Positions 10,466 through 20,541 of a stretch of 64,000 nucleotides of DNA are shown piece after piece (positions within the stretch are counted from its first letter, which is position 1; every line of letters begins with the position of its first letter). The DNA is from Verrucomicrobiota bacterium. GTDB lineage: Bacteria; Verrucomicrobiota; Verrucomicrobiia; Limisphaerales; Palsa-1400. The position numbers and the translations under genes were made by a program. The stretch is from the NCBI GenBank assembly GCA_049510745.1, contig JBEKYR010000001.1:160001-224000 (forward strand). Direction: 5' to 3'. Below the pieces are notes generated by a model that saw only the letters and a program-made list of their open reading frames with translations, ran no database searches and was not told the origin of the DNA.

Positions 10466-12472
10466 TCAGAATTGCTCCGACACTTCCATCCCGACCAGGC
10501 AGACATCGTCGGAAAACTCGTGGCTGGCGGAGAAGAGCTGGATTTCTCCCAGCATGGCGGCGAACATTTCCGCGCCGTGCAGCGCGGCGTGCTTGCGCAC
10601 CGCTTCCAACAAAAGGTCCTGGCTGAATTGCGCCCCGTCCTTCCCCTCCACCTCGTAAAGGCCGTCGGTGAACAACATCACCAGGTCGCCCGCCGCCAAT
10701 TCGCAGGAGGCCGTCGGATAGATCGATTCGGCGAACAATCCCAGGGCGGGGCGGGCCTTGCCGTCGGCGTTTCTGAGCACTTCCACCGTGCCCTTGAGCC
10801 GATGGATCAAAAAAGGCTTGGGATGCCCGGCGTTGGAAAAGAGAATCTGCCGCCGCTCCAGGTCTGCCACCAGGTAAAGGGCGGTGGTGAACAACGGGGT
10901 GCCGGTCTGCTGCAGGATGGCGCGCAGATCGGAATTGATGCGTGTCAATAATTGCCCCGGGTCCAGGGCGATGGGGCGCAACTCCTCCACCAGGCCCCGC
11001 ACCATGGCCGTGACCAGCGCCGAGCGCACCCCGTGCCCCATGACGTCGCAGATAAAGAGGCCGGCCTTGGTGTCGGACAAGGCCAGCACATTGAAGAAAT
11101 CGCCCCCCACCTGGCCGGTGGGATGATAGCGGTGCGAGAAGCGCAGCAGGCTCGACTCCTCGGCCACCCCCGGGGGGAAGGTGGGATATTGCTGCGGCAG
11201 GATGGCTTGCTGGATGTCGCGCGCCATTTTGAGATCGTCCTCGAGAATCTCGTTTTTCTTGCGCAACTCGGCCTGGCTGCGGGCCAGTTCGGCGTTGACC
11301 TTGCGCTCGCGCTCCTCCGCCTGTCGGCGCACGGTGATGTCCCGCACCACGCTGAGGAGCAACGTGCGCCCCTCCTCCGCCTCGATAAACGAATTGGACA
11401 GCTCGACATCGACCGTCTTGCCGGAGCGGAAAGAGAGGTGGCGCTCAAGCTGGCTGTCAATTTTCCTTTCCGCAAACCGCTGCTGGTACTTCTGCATCAT
11501 TTCGGCCAAATCCTCCCTCTCGGAATAGATGGCGGTGTAGGGGCGTCCCACCAACTCCTCCGCCGGCAGGCCCACGATCTGGCAGAAGGCCGGGTTGACG
11601 GCGATCATGGTCCCCTGTTCGTCGGTCAGGCGCATGCCGTCGAAGGACTTTTGCCAGATCGAACGGAAGCGCACTTCCGAGAAGCGCAGTTTCTCCTCCG
11701 CCTCCTTGCGGGCGGTGATGTCCTCGACCATGCCCTCGAAGTACTGGATGCGCCCCTGGCTGTCGCGCACCGCGCGGGCATTTTCCGAAATCCAGATGAT
11801 GGACCCGTCCTTGCGGAAGACTTGCGACTCAAAATCCTGCACCACCCCGCGCTCCTGCATCAATTTGACGAATTCCCCCCGGCGGTTCGGGTCCACGTAG
11901 ATCAATTTGGCAATGTCGCTGATCCTGGACATCATCTCCTCCGGGCTGCTGTAGCCGTAAATCCGGCTCAGGGCCGGATTGACATCCAGGTAGGTCCCCG
12001 CCGGCGAGGTCTGGAAGATGCCGGAGACGGAATTCTCAAAAATGCTCCGGTACTTCTCCTGCGCCGTCACCACCTCGCCCTTGAATTCCGTCCGCTCCAG
12101 CGCGTAAATGATTGCGCGCGTGATCAGTTGGCTGTCCACCCGGCCCTTGACCAGGTAATCCTCGGCCCCGGCGTGAACGGCACTGACGGCGACGGTTTCG
12201 TCGTCCACGCCGCTGAGCACAATGATCGGGCGGCCGTTGGCGCGCGCTTTGACGGCGTGAAACGTGTCCAACCCCGTGCTGTCCGGCAGGGTCAAGTCGA
12301 GCAAGATCACGTCGATGTTTCCCGCCTCCAGTCGGGTCAGGCCGGCCGCCAGGCTGTCAGCCGACTCGAGTTGGAAATGCGTGCTCGTGACCTTCTGCAG
12401 CGCCATCCGCAAAAACAGCACGTCGTCGGGGTTGTCCTCGATGAGCAGAATTTTAATGGTCTTGATTTCCAT
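10466..12472 (-). CDS. Receiver-PAS-PAS-PP2C (SpoIIE/RsbU-like) phosphatase
   Basis: ILLIEDNPDD / LLDLTLPDSTG receiver; two PAS domains; GGDFF, DVMGHG, NAGHP, FTDGL, DDVC PP2C motifs. Confidence 0.92.
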   Translation of the reverse strand: MEIKTIKILLIEDNPDDVLFLRMALQKVTSTHFQLESADSLAAGLTRLEAGNIDVILLDLTLPDSTGLDTFHAVKARANGRPIIVLSGVDDETVAVSAVHAGAEDYLVKGRVDSQLITRAIIYALERTEFKGEVVTAQEKYRSIFENSVSGIFQTSPAGTYLDVNPALSRIYGYSSPEEMMSRISDIAKLIYVDPNRRGEFVKLMQERGVVQDFESQVFRKDGSIIWISENARAVRDSQGRIQYFEGMVEDITARKEAEEKLRFSEVRFRSIWQKSFDGMRLTDEQGTMIAVNPAFCQIVGLPAEELVGRPYTAIYSEREDLAEMMQKYQQRFAERKIDSQLERHLSFRSGKTVDVELSNSFIEAEEGRTLLLSVVRDITVRRQAEERERKVNAELARSQAELRKKNEILEDDLKMARDIQQAILPQQYPTFPPGVAEESSLLRFSHRYHPTGQVGGDFFNVLALSDTKAGLFICDVMGHGVRSALVTAMVRGLVEELRPIALDPGQLLTRINSDLRAILQQTGTPLFTTALYLVADLERRQILFSNAGHPKPFLIHRLKGTVEVLRNADGKARPALGLFAESIYPTASCELAAGDLVMLFTDGLYEVEGKDGAQFSQDLLLEAVRKHAALHGAEMFAAMLGEIQLFSASHEFSDDVCLVGMEVSEQF

Positions 12473-12520
12473 GTGGTCGCAGTGCCCAGGCACTTGGCGC
12501 GGCGGCCTGGCAGGGCAAAG

Positions 12521-12871
12521 CTACCGCCACCCGCCCTGCACGAAGACATGGCGCCCGTTGCGATAGACGTACTGGTGGGCCACCCAACGCGCTCCCGGAT
12601 GCGGCGGCCGCGCCCAGCGTCCCGTTTCCCATCGCCAATGGCTTCCGCCCCAGACCCAACACCCGTTAATCCAAACAAAGGCCGGCCCGGGCATCGCGGG
12701 GACCACCTCGACAATCGGCGCCGGCGGCGGACCGCCGACGTACACCTCGCTCGGCGCCGCCGCCACGACAGTTGCCGTGGGCGGCCCGGCCACCTCCACC
12801 GTGCATCCGGCCCCCAAGAGCGCGCCCGTGGAAAGCAGCAAACCCAATTTTATCATCCTGGATTTCATCAT
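12521..12871 (-). CDS. YXWGXW-repeat lipoprotein
   Basis: Lipobox LGAGC; Pro-rich; FVWINGCWVWGGSHWRWETGRW and WVAHQY...FVQGGWR repeats. Confidence 0.75.
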   Translation of the reverse strand: MMKSRMIKLGLLLSTGALLGAGCTVEVAGPPTATVVAAAPSEVYVGGPPPAPIVEVVPAMPGPAFVWINGCWVWGGSHWRWETGRWARPPHPGARWVAHQYVYRNGRHVFVQGGWR

Positions 12872-12982
12872 AATTAAGTTTGTTCCGAAAAAGCATCCGT
12901 CCCCCGCCGGCAATTGTCAAGGAATCGGACTGGCTGAGGCGCTTTGCTGCTGACGAAACGGGCCGATGGTCTTAGCATCCAG

Positions 12983-14113
12983 ATGGAACCTTTGAACGCA
13001 GCACAGTCATCTATCCCGAATTTGAAAAAATTCGCTCTCGATCTTCGGGCGCTCCTGCGCCAAAGCATCGGGGCGAACCTCCTGGCCGACGACGGGCAAT
13101 TCAATCGGCTGGCGCTGGCGCTTTTCGCCTGGCAACGCGAGGCGGTGCCCATTTACGGACAATTCTGCGAGCAGCGAAAGGTGCGCCCGGATGCGATCGG
13201 TCATTGGAGCCAGATTCCCGCGTTGCCCACCGGCGCGTTCAGGGAATTCGAGGTTTCGAGCCTCCCGCCGGGCGAACGCACGCGCGTGTTTGAATCCAGC
13301 GGCACGACCAGCCAGGCGCCGAGCCGCCATTTTCACCACGCCCAATCGCTGGCGGTTTATGAGGCGTCTCTCCTGCCGTGGTTTGAACGCCATTTTTTTG
13401 GCGCCCAATCCCCACCCATGAAACTGGTCTTCCTGACGCCGGAAGAGGCGCCGCATTCTTCATTGGTTCACATGTTCAAAACGGTGCGGCGCCATTGCGG
13501 CACGCCGGATTCAGTGTTTACAGGCTGGCTCCAGCCTGACGGCTCGTGGGGTCTCAACATCGAACAAACCCTGGCGATCGTGCGCGAAGCCATTGGGGCA
13601 AATCAACCCATCGGCCTGCTGGGAACGGCCTTTTCGTTCGTCCATTTGCTGGATGCTTTGCAGGCGGGGGAGAAAAGCTTCGCGCTGCCAAAAGGGTCGC
13701 GTGTCATGGAAACGGGCGGTTACAAAGGACGCTCGCGCGAGGTGCCCAAAGCCCGGTTGCGCGCCATGATCACACGCCTGTTGGGCGTCCCCGACCCGAA
13801 CATCGTCGCCGAATACGGCATGAGCGAGTTGAGTTCGCAGGCCTACGACCGGGTGGCGGCGGACGAGTTGCAGCCGTCGGGCTTTTTTGCGTTTCCGCCC
13901 TGGGCTCGCGCGCGGATCATATCCGTGGAGACGGGCGCGGAAGTCGAGAGCGGCAGAAGAGGATTGCTTCGCGTTTTCGATCTGGCGAATATCTGGTCCG
14001 TCATGGCTGTGCAAACGGAAGATTTGGCCGTGGGTTATCCTCACGGATTCGACCTGCTCGGCCGGGCCGAGCGCGCCGCGCCGCGCGGTTGCTCGCTCCT
14101 GCCCGGCCCCTAG
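12983..14113 (+). CDS. LuxE-family acyl-protein synthetase
   Basis: FESSGTT, METGGYKGR, EYGMSELSSQ, VQTEDLA, LLGR...RGCS motifs; start could be further upstream (12944). Confidence 0.85.
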   Translation: MEPLNAAQSSIPNLKKFALDLRALLRQSIGANLLADDGQFNRLALALFAWQREAVPIYGQFCEQRKVRPDAIGHWSQIPALPTGAFREFEVSSLPPGERTRVFESSGTTSQAPSRHFHHAQSLAVYEASLLPWFERHFFGAQSPPMKLVFLTPEEAPHSSLVHMFKTVRRHCGTPDSVFTGWLQPDGSWGLNIEQTLAIVREAIGANQPIGLLGTAFSFVHLLDALQAGEKSFALPKGSRVMETGGYKGRSREVPKARLRAMITRLLGVPDPNIVAEYGMSELSSQAYDRVAADELQPSGFFAFPPWARARIISVETGAEVESGRRGLLRVFDLANIWSVMAVQTEDLAVGYPHGFDLLGRAERAAPRGCSLLPGP

Positions 14114-14116
14114 CTC

Positions 14117-15514
14117 ATGAGCGATGCCACACCCATCACGGAGGCCGCCGCCCTTTCGCCTCTGCCCAACTACTTCCTGGCGGATTTGCCGCCCGAAGCC
14201 GAGTTGACCGGCGGGCTGATCACCGAGGCCTGCCAGACCCTCAAACGCAATCGCCGGCGTTTCCTGGAAGGACGTTCCACCGACAGCCTCGTCCGCCTCC
14301 TGGACGGCTTGGCGCGCGGCTGGCTGTCGGAAGATTCCTGCTTCCGCAGAATGGCTCTGGCAGCCGGCCCGGCGGCGACCGGCTTTTCCGCGCCGGTGCT
14401 CGCCAGCGGTCTGGATGCGTTTTTCAAAGAGTTGACAGCGGCGAACCTCGAATCCCTGCTCCGCCAGGAATTGGGGCACCCGCGGCGCCTGGACAATTTT
14501 TACTCCGGCGAAGACGAGCACGCCCCCCGGCGGGCGGCGCTGGCGCGGGGGCCGGAGCTGCTGGCGCAGGTTGCCCCGGGCAACGTGCCCAATCCGGTGT
14601 GGATGGAAATGATTCTGGGCCTGCTCACCCGCTCGGCGCAATTCGTCAAATGCGCCTCCGGCGCCGCCTTCCTGCCGCGTCTGTTCGCCCATTCCCTTTA
14701 TGACGCCGACCCGAAGTTGGGGGCCTGCCTGGAAATCGTCCAATGGAAAGGCGGCGACGACGCGCTTGAATCCGCCCTGTTCGCCGAAGCCGACTGTGTG
14801 GTCGCGACCGGCAGCGACGAAATGCTGGCGGCGCTGCGCCAAAAGATACCCGCCGGGGCGCGTTTTCTCTGCTACGGCACGCGGGTGAGTTTCGGCTATG
14901 TCACGCGGGAAGCGCTGGAGCGGCAGTCGCGGAACGTGGCGCAAGAGGCCGCCGCCGACGTGACCGCGTGGAACCAACTGGGCTGCCTTTCGCCGCATGT
15001 CATCTATGTTGAAGACGACGGCGGCGCGCAGGGGGAATGGTTCGCCACGCTGCTGGCGGAGGCATTGGAGGCGCGGGAAAAGACGCATCCGCGCGGAGTC
15101 GTGGGGGTGGAGGAAGCGGCCGGCATCGCCCGGCGGCGCTCCTTTTACGAAGTGCGGGCGGCCCACTCGCCGGAGACCAAGATGTGGGCCAGCCCCGCCT
15201 CGACGGCCTGGACGGTCGTTTTGGAGAACGACCCGCGTTTCCAGGCCTCGTGCCTGAATCGGTTCATTTACGTGAAACCCGTGGCGAATGTCACCGAGGC
15301 GCTGCAAGGCGCCGAGATGGCGCGCGAGAAAATTTCCACCGTGGGCCTGGCCTGCGAGGAGGCGCAAGCGCCCGATCTGGCCCGGCAGTTCGCACGCTGG
15401 GGCGCAAAAAGAGTCTGCCCGCTGGGCCGGATGCAGAACCCGCCCCTGGGCTGGCGCCACGACGGACGCCCGCCGCTGGGCGATTTAGTGACCTGGTGCG
15501 ATTGGGAAAAATAG
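14117..15514 (+). CDS. LuxC-family acyl-CoA reductase
   Basis: [29 protein letters not shown] (catalytic Cys), RVCPLGRMQ...HDG motifs. Confidence 0.88.
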   Translation: MSDATPITEAAALSPLPNYFLADLPPEAELTGGLITEACQTLKRNRRRFLEGRSTDSLVRLLDGLARGWLSEDSCFRRMALAAGPAATGFSAPVLASGLDAFFKELTAANLESLLRQELGHPRRLDNFYSGEDEHAPRRAALARGPELLAQVAPGNVPNPVWMEMILGLLTRSAQFVKCASGAAFLPRLFAHSLYDADPKLGACLEIVQWKGGDDALESALFAEADCVVATGSDEMLAALRQKIPAGARFLCYGTRVSFGYVTREALERQSRNVAQEAAADVTAWNQLGCLSPHVIYVEDDGGAQGEWFATLLAEALEAREKTHPRGVVGVEEAAGIARRRSFYEVRAAHSPETKMWASPASTAWTVVLENDPRFQASCLNRFIYVKPVANVTEALQGAEMAREKISTVGLACEEAQAPDLARQFARWGAKRVCPLGRMQNPPLGWRHDGRPPLGDLVTWCDWEK

Positions 15515-15525
15515 ACGGCCGCAAC

Positions 15526-15900
15526 ATGGAACTGCGAAAGACATTTCAATTTGAAGCCGCCCACCTGCTGCCGCACCTGCCCAAGTCGCACAAGTGCCGC
15601 CGCCTGCACGGCCACAGTTTCAAGGTCGAGATCGCCGTCCAGGGCGAGTGCGACCCCAGGCTGGGCTGGGTCATGGATTACGCCGACATGGCCGAAGCCT
15701 TCAAACCGATCTGGGCCAAGCTCGATCATTTTTATCTGAACGAAATTCCCGGCCTGGAAAATCCGACGAGCGAGAACATCGCCGTCTGGATTTGGGAGCG
15801 GCTGAAACCCAGGCTGCCGCTGTTGACGGAAGTCATCGTGGCGGAAACCTGCACAGCGCGTTGCCTCTACCGGGGGCCGTCCGGCCGCGGGAAATCATAG
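15526..15900 (+). CDS. queD: 6-carboxy-5,6,7,8-tetrahydropterin synthase
   Basis: [31 protein letters not shown] motifs; ATG at 15526. Confidence 0.95.
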   Translation: MELRKTFQFEAAHLLPHLPKSHKCRRLHGHSFKVEIAVQGECDPRLGWVMDYADMAEAFKPIWAKLDHFYLNEIPGLENPTSENIAVWIWERLKPRLPLLTEVIVAETCTARCLYRGPSGRGKS

Positions 15901-15902
15901 TT

Positions 15903-18764
15903 ATGCGCCGCCGCCTCGCCTTCGCTTTCCTGGCCGTCATGGCGGCCCTGGTCCTTGAAACCTCCGCGCGGGGCGCGGCCTCCCCGGCGCCTGCTGTCAA
16001 AATCATTTACTCCCTGCCCGCCGGGGACAGTCCCGCCGGCGCGCTGCTCCAGGGGCTCAACGGCAGTTTCTACGGCGCCACCGCCACGGGCGGCGCGGGC
16101 AATTTCGGAGCGATCTTCGAGGTCACGCCCGGCGGCATCCTGACCAATCTGTACTCGTTCAACGGCGCCAACGGGGCGGCGCCGCTGGCGGGGGTGATCC
16201 AGGACGGCGCCGGCAATCTCTACGGCACGGCTTCGGGGGGCGGTCCGACGAACAAAGGAACGGTTTTTAAAATCTCGCCCGGCGGCGGAATTTCCGTGCT
16301 GGCGGCGTTCTACGGGACCAACGGGGCCAATCCGCAGGCGCCGCTGGCGCGGGGCACCAACGGGTGGTTCTACGGCGCCACCTTCAATGGCGGGGCCAAT
16401 GGAAAGGGCTGCATTTTCCAGGTGAACGCTGCCGGAGTGTTGAGCAATGTCTATTCGTTCAGCGGCAGCGATGGCGCCAATCCCGGCGCGGGATTGATGG
16501 CCGGGACGGATGGCTATCTTTATGGCACGACTGTTTACGGCGGCGCCAATGGGCTGGGCACGGTTTTCCGCCTCACCTATGCCGGCGCGCTGACCAATCT
16601 GGCTTCTTTTTCCAGCAGCAGCGGCTTTTTTCCCGGCGGCTTGGCCGAAGACGCGGGCGGAAATCTTTATGGCGCGACCGTGGACGGCGGCGCGAATTCT
16701 GCCGGAACGATCTTCAAACTCACCCCGCGAAACACCATCCAGACGCTGCTGTCGTTCAACCTTGCCAACGGTTCCAATCCCAACTCCCCCCTCGTCCTGG
16801 GCAGCGACGGCAATTTGTATGGCACAGCCCTGCAAGGCGGCACGAAAGGTTTCGGAACCATTTTCACCGTCAGTCCGTCCGGCCTGTTGAGCGATCTGGT
16901 TTCATTTGCCGTCACCAACGGCGCCTATCCGCATTCACCCCTGATTTTGGGAACGGACGGAAACTTTTACGGAACAACGGCCAGCAGCGCCAACAACTCG
17001 GGAGAGATTTTCCAACTCACCGGCTTCGGCCCCCACATCATCAAGCAACCCGCCAATCAGAAATGGGTCACAAACGGGAGCGCGAGTTTCTCGGTCAAGG
17101 CGGGCGGTTCGGCGCCCTTGGCTTATCAATGGCTCTTTGACGGTTCCGCCATCGCGGGTGCGACCAACTCCAGCTATGGCATCAAGCCCGAACAACTGAC
17201 CAACGCCGGCACCTACGCGGTGATCGTCAGCAATGCCAATGGCTTCGTCACCAGTTCCGACGCAGTGCTGGCCCTTTCCGCGCCGACCATCACCATTAAA
17301 GCGCCGCCCGCCGTCGTCACCAGCAATTCGCTGACCCTCTCCGGCACGGCCGCGGACCGGTTTGGGCTGCAAATGGTCCAATGGCAGACCTACCAAACCA
17401 ACCTCGGCGGCACTTGGCTCACGGCGTCCAACAGCAATCCATGGTCCGCCCTTGTCACCTTGCAACCCGGAACCAATTTCTTTGCGGCCCGGAGCGTCGA
17501 TCTTTTCAACAACTACTCCGTCATCAAGAAGGCGACCGTGTTTTATTCCACGCTGAGTTGGCTGACGCTGCAAACCAACGGCGCCGGTTCGATCATTCCC
17601 GGTTTCAAAGGCTCCAATTTGGTCGTCGGCCGCGGCTATACAGTCCGGGCGGTTCCGGGCGCCGGCCAGTTATTTTCGAATTGGTCGGGCGCCATCTCAA
17701 GAACCAACAATCCGCTGGCTTTCACGATGCAATCCAACATGGTTTTGGCGGCCAACTTTGTGCCGAATCCGTTTCCCCCTGTCACCGGAATCTACAACGG
17801 CTTGTTCTATGACACCAACAACGGCGTGGCGGCGGAAAGCGCGGGGCTGCTGGCCGGCTTGGTCGTGGGCAAACTGGGCGGTTACAGCGGCACGCTCGTT
17901 CTGGCGGGCGTGCGCCACGGTTTGAGCGGCGGCTTTGGCGTGTCGGGCAACGCCAGCCACACCATCAATCGCTCCCGGACCCAGGGCGGACCGCTGGTGG
18001 TGGACCTGACGCTGAATTGGAGCGTCACGCCGCCCCAACTCACCGGCTCGGTTTCTCCGTCCAGCGGCGCGTGGACCGCCGCCCTGTTCGCCGAGCGCGC
18101 GAGCAACACTCTCAATTCGGCGGAATACACGATGCTCCTCCCGCCCGCCACAAACGCGCCGTCCAACTCGCCCCCCGGCTACGGTTACGCCCTCCTGACC
18201 AACCACGCCGGAACCGTCACTCTCAGCGGCAGCGTCGCCGACGGCGCCGCCTTCAGCCAGACCGTCGCCGTGGCGCCATCGGGCGACATTCCGCTCTACG
18301 CCAGTCTCTACGGCAACACCGGTCTGTTGTTTGGCTGGCTTAATCTCAGCAACGGCTTGAGCGGAACCAATCTCTGGTGGGTCCGGCCCGCCTCCTTTTT
18401 CAATTTACTTTACAGCGACGGCTTTACCAACGCGGTCTCGATCTATGGCTCGCCCTGGACCAATCCGCCCATTGCATCGACCAACGGCCAATTGACCATT
18501 GCCGGCGGGAACTTGCCGCAGACGTTGCCGTTCACCGTCGAAATCCTCAATGATCTCCTCCTGCCGCTCTCCGCCACCAACGCGCCGACCAACTCGTTGA
18601 CCGGCTCGATCAATACGAAAACCGGGTACTTGAAAGTGACCTTCGGCGACGGCAACGGCCGGGCCACGCTGGCGGGCAGAGGCGCCTTCCTGCAAAACTC
18701 CAATTTCGGCGGTGGATACTTCACCAACAAAACCAGCGCCGGAACAATCACCTTGCAGCCGTAG
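15903..18764 (+). CDS. Secreted GloVer (choice-of-anchor tandem repeat) protein with Ig-like domains
   Basis: Signal peptide; seven ~50-aa repeats (..DGNLYGTT..GG...GT[IV]F); Ig domain (LAYQWLFDG...NAGTYAVIVSN); FSNWSG repeat. Confidence 0.88.
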   Translation: MRRRLAFAFLAVMAALVLETSARGAASPAPAVKIIYSLPAGDSPAGALLQGLNGSFYGATATGGAGNFGAIFEVTPGGILTNLYSFNGANGAAPLAGVIQDGAGNLYGTASGGGPTNKGTVFKISPGGGISVLAAFYGTNGANPQAPLARGTNGWFYGATFNGGANGKGCIFQVNAAGVLSNVYSFSGSDGANPGAGLMAGTDGYLYGTTVYGGANGLGTVFRLTYAGALTNLASFSSSSGFFPGGLAEDAGGNLYGATVDGGANSAGTIFKLTPRNTIQTLLSFNLANGSNPNSPLVLGSDGNLYGTALQGGTKGFGTIFTVSPSGLLSDLVSFAVTNGAYPHSPLILGTDGNFYGTTASSANNSGEIFQLTGFGPHIIKQPANQKWVTNGSASFSVKAGGSAPLAYQWLFDGSAIAGATNSSYGIKPEQLTNAGTYAVIVSNANGFVTSSDAVLALSAPTITIKAPPAVVTSNSLTLSGTAADRFGLQMVQWQTYQTNLGGTWLTASNSNPWSALVTLQPGTNFFAARSVDLFNNYSVIKKATVFYSTLSWLTLQTNGAGSIIPGFKGSNLVVGRGYTVRAVPGAGQLFSNWSGAISRTNNPLAFTMQSNMVLAANFVPNPFPPVTGIYNGLFYDTNNGVAAESAGLLAGLVVGKLGGYSGTLVLAGVRHGLSGGFGVSGNASHTINRSRTQGGPLVVDLTLNWSVTPPQLTGSVSPSSGAWTAALFAERASNTLNSAEYTMLLPPATNAPSNSPPGYGYALLTNHAGTVTLSGSVADGAAFSQTVAVAPSGDIPLYASLYGNTGLLFGWLNLSNGLSGTNLWWVRPASFFNLLYSDGFTNAVSIYGSPWTNPPIASTNGQLTIAGGNLPQTLPFTVEILNDLLLPLSATNAPTNSLTGSINTKTGYLKVTFGDGNGRATLAGRGAFLQNSNFGGGYFTNKTSAGTITLQP

Positions 18765-18815
18765 CGGCGGCGGCGGCGCCTTGCTTTTGCGGCGGGTTCG
18801 GGGTAAGGGTTAACC

Positions 18816-19037
18816 ATGAGCGTAACCGGAAAAGTCAAGAATGGCGTGGTTGTTCTGCCGCCGGGAACAAAGTTTCCGGAAGGCGCTGAGGTGAGAATAG
18901 AAACCGGTGAACCTGCGCCGCAAGACGATCCGTTCCTCGCCGCCGCGCTCAAAGCGGCCAAACCGCGCCCGCACTGGCCCAAAGACTACGCCCTCAACCA
19001 CGGCCACTACATCAGCGGAGAACCGAAGAAATCGTGA
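18816..19037 (+). CDS. Antitoxin (VapB-like)
   Basis: 73 aa with TGKVKNGVVVL N-terminus and DYALNHGHY C-terminus; overlaps the PIN gene. Confidence 0.75.
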   Translation: MSVTGKVKNGVVVLPPGTKFPEGAEVRIETGEPAPQDDPFLAAALKAAKPRPHWPKDYALNHGHYISGEPKKS

Positions 19038-19432
19038 GCGTCGCCTTCGCCGACACATTTTTCCACCTGGCCTTGCTGCGGGAAGATGACCCGGCTCACG
19101 CGCGCGCAATGGCCAATGTGATGCTCAACCAGCCCATCGTTACCACCGAGTTTGTTCTGTTGGAGTTGGGCAACGCCTGCGCCCGCGCCGCGGACCACGC
19201 GGACTTTCTGGCGCTTGTCGCGGGAATGCGCGCCAGCCCGCGCGTCCGCATCATCCCGCTTGACTCGCGCTTGTTGAACCGTGGGCTTGAGCGCATGGCC
19301 ACCCGTCCGGACAAGGATTGGTCGCTGACCGACTGCATTTCCTTTCTGGTCATGGAAGACGAGGACATCAAGGAAGCGCTAACGGCTGACCGGCATTTCG
19401 AGCAGGCGGGCTTCACTGCTCTGCTGAAATAG
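19034..19432 (+). CDS. vapC: PIN-domain toxin
   Basis: FADT, TTEFVLLE, SLTDCISF, LTADRHF acidic PIN motifs. Confidence 0.9.
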   Translation: MSVAFADTFFHLALLREDDPAHARAMANVMLNQPIVTTEFVLLELGNACARAADHADFLALVAGMRASPRVRIIPLDSRLLNRGLERMATRPDKDWSLTDCISFLVMEDEDIKEALTADRHFEQAGFTALLK

Positions 19433-19514
19433 AGCGGCCCAGGGGCATTTATTCAGCGTCCATATCAAGTCAAACTATCCAAGTCTTTGGAGGCGATACG
19501 CCGCTCGGGCCTGC

Positions 19515-20510
19515 TTACGCCGCCGCGCTTCCCAAAATCTTCCGCGCGGCCTGCGCGACGCTCTCGGCCAGTTCGGGCGGCTGCACAACACTCGCGTTGC
19601 CCGCCCACCCCAAGACCCACCGTTCCACTTCGGCCAGGCTGGAAAGTTTCAGGCGCAATTCCACGCCGCCCTCCGGCAACTCGCGCAATTGCTGGGACTC
19701 GTGCCAGCGCTTTTCCCGGATGTAGTCGGCGGCCAGTTCGTTGAAGCGCAACACCACCTCGAAATTTCCCTGGCCTGACTGCACGCCAAAACTGTCGCGC
19801 AACCGCTTCTCGAGCGAAAATTTTTGCGGACGGGCAAAGGTCCTGCCCGTCGGCTCCACTGCCAGAATGCGCGCCGGGACAAAGGTGCGGATGTCCCGCC
19901 GCAAATGGCACCAGGCGAAAAGGAACCATTCGCCGTTGATGTTGGCCAGGTGGTAGGGATCGACCACGCGCAATTCCGTGGCCCGCTGGCCGGGTTTGCG
20001 ATATGTCAACTGCAATTGCGTGCGCTGTGCCACCGCCTTGGCCAGCGCGTCAAAGGTCTCCAGCTTCACTATCGGCTCCGCCCGCATCCGAAACGAAATG
20101 GTCTGTTCCCAGTCGGCGATGTTCAAGGAAACGGTGTCGGGCAGCGAGGCGGCCATTTTTTTGAAGGCGCTGATCAGCGGCCGCTCGAAGGCCGTGCCGC
20201 GATATTGCTGCAGGGCCTTTTCCGCCACCAGCAGCGCGAACAATTCGCCCTCGGTGATTTGCAGGGTGGGAAAAGCGCCGACCTCCTGGGTGTAATGGTA
20301 GCCCTTGTGCGCCGCCTCGTAGGCCAGCGGCAGCTCCAGACGGTCGCGCATGAACTCCAGGTCGCGGTGAATGGATTTGGTGCTCACCTCCAGGCTGGCG
20401 GCCAGGGTGACGGCGTTGGGATGACGGCCCGATTGCAGGGCCTGATGAATCCGCAGCATCCGCTCCAGCGGCGGACGGGAGTGGAGCGTCTTTTCAGGTT
20501 TCGCTTTCAC
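19515..20510 (-). CDS. HTH-WYL-WCX (YafY/PafB-like) transcriptional regulator
   Basis: LEVSTKSIHRDLEFM HTH; RVVDPYHL...WFLFAWCHLRRDIRTF WYL domain; WVLGWAG...PPEL. Confidence 0.92.
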   Translation of the reverse strand: MKAKPEKTLHSRPPLERMLRIHQALQSGRHPNAVTLAASLEVSTKSIHRDLEFMRDRLELPLAYEAAHKGYHYTQEVGAFPTLQITEGELFALLVAEKALQQYRGTAFERPLISAFKKMAASLPDTVSLNIADWEQTISFRMRAEPIVKLETFDALAKAVAQRTQLQLTYRKPGQRATELRVVDPYHLANINGEWFLFAWCHLRRDIRTFVPARILAVEPTGRTFARPQKFSLEKRLRDSFGVQSGQGNFEVVLRFNELAADYIREKRWHESQQLRELPEGGVELRLKLSSLAEVERWVLGWAGNASVVQPPELAESVAQAARKILGSAAA

Positions 20511-20541
20511 ACCCGGTGAACGCTCGGAACGAAATCCGGGC

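Noticed and set aside
12983..15514. Bioluminescence operon
   Set aside because: No luciferase (luxAB) or luxD in the window.
19515..20510. WYL protein as the PafBC partner of the PafA-like gene
   Set aside because: It lies about 43 kb away in backbone context; single WYL regulators are ubiquitous.
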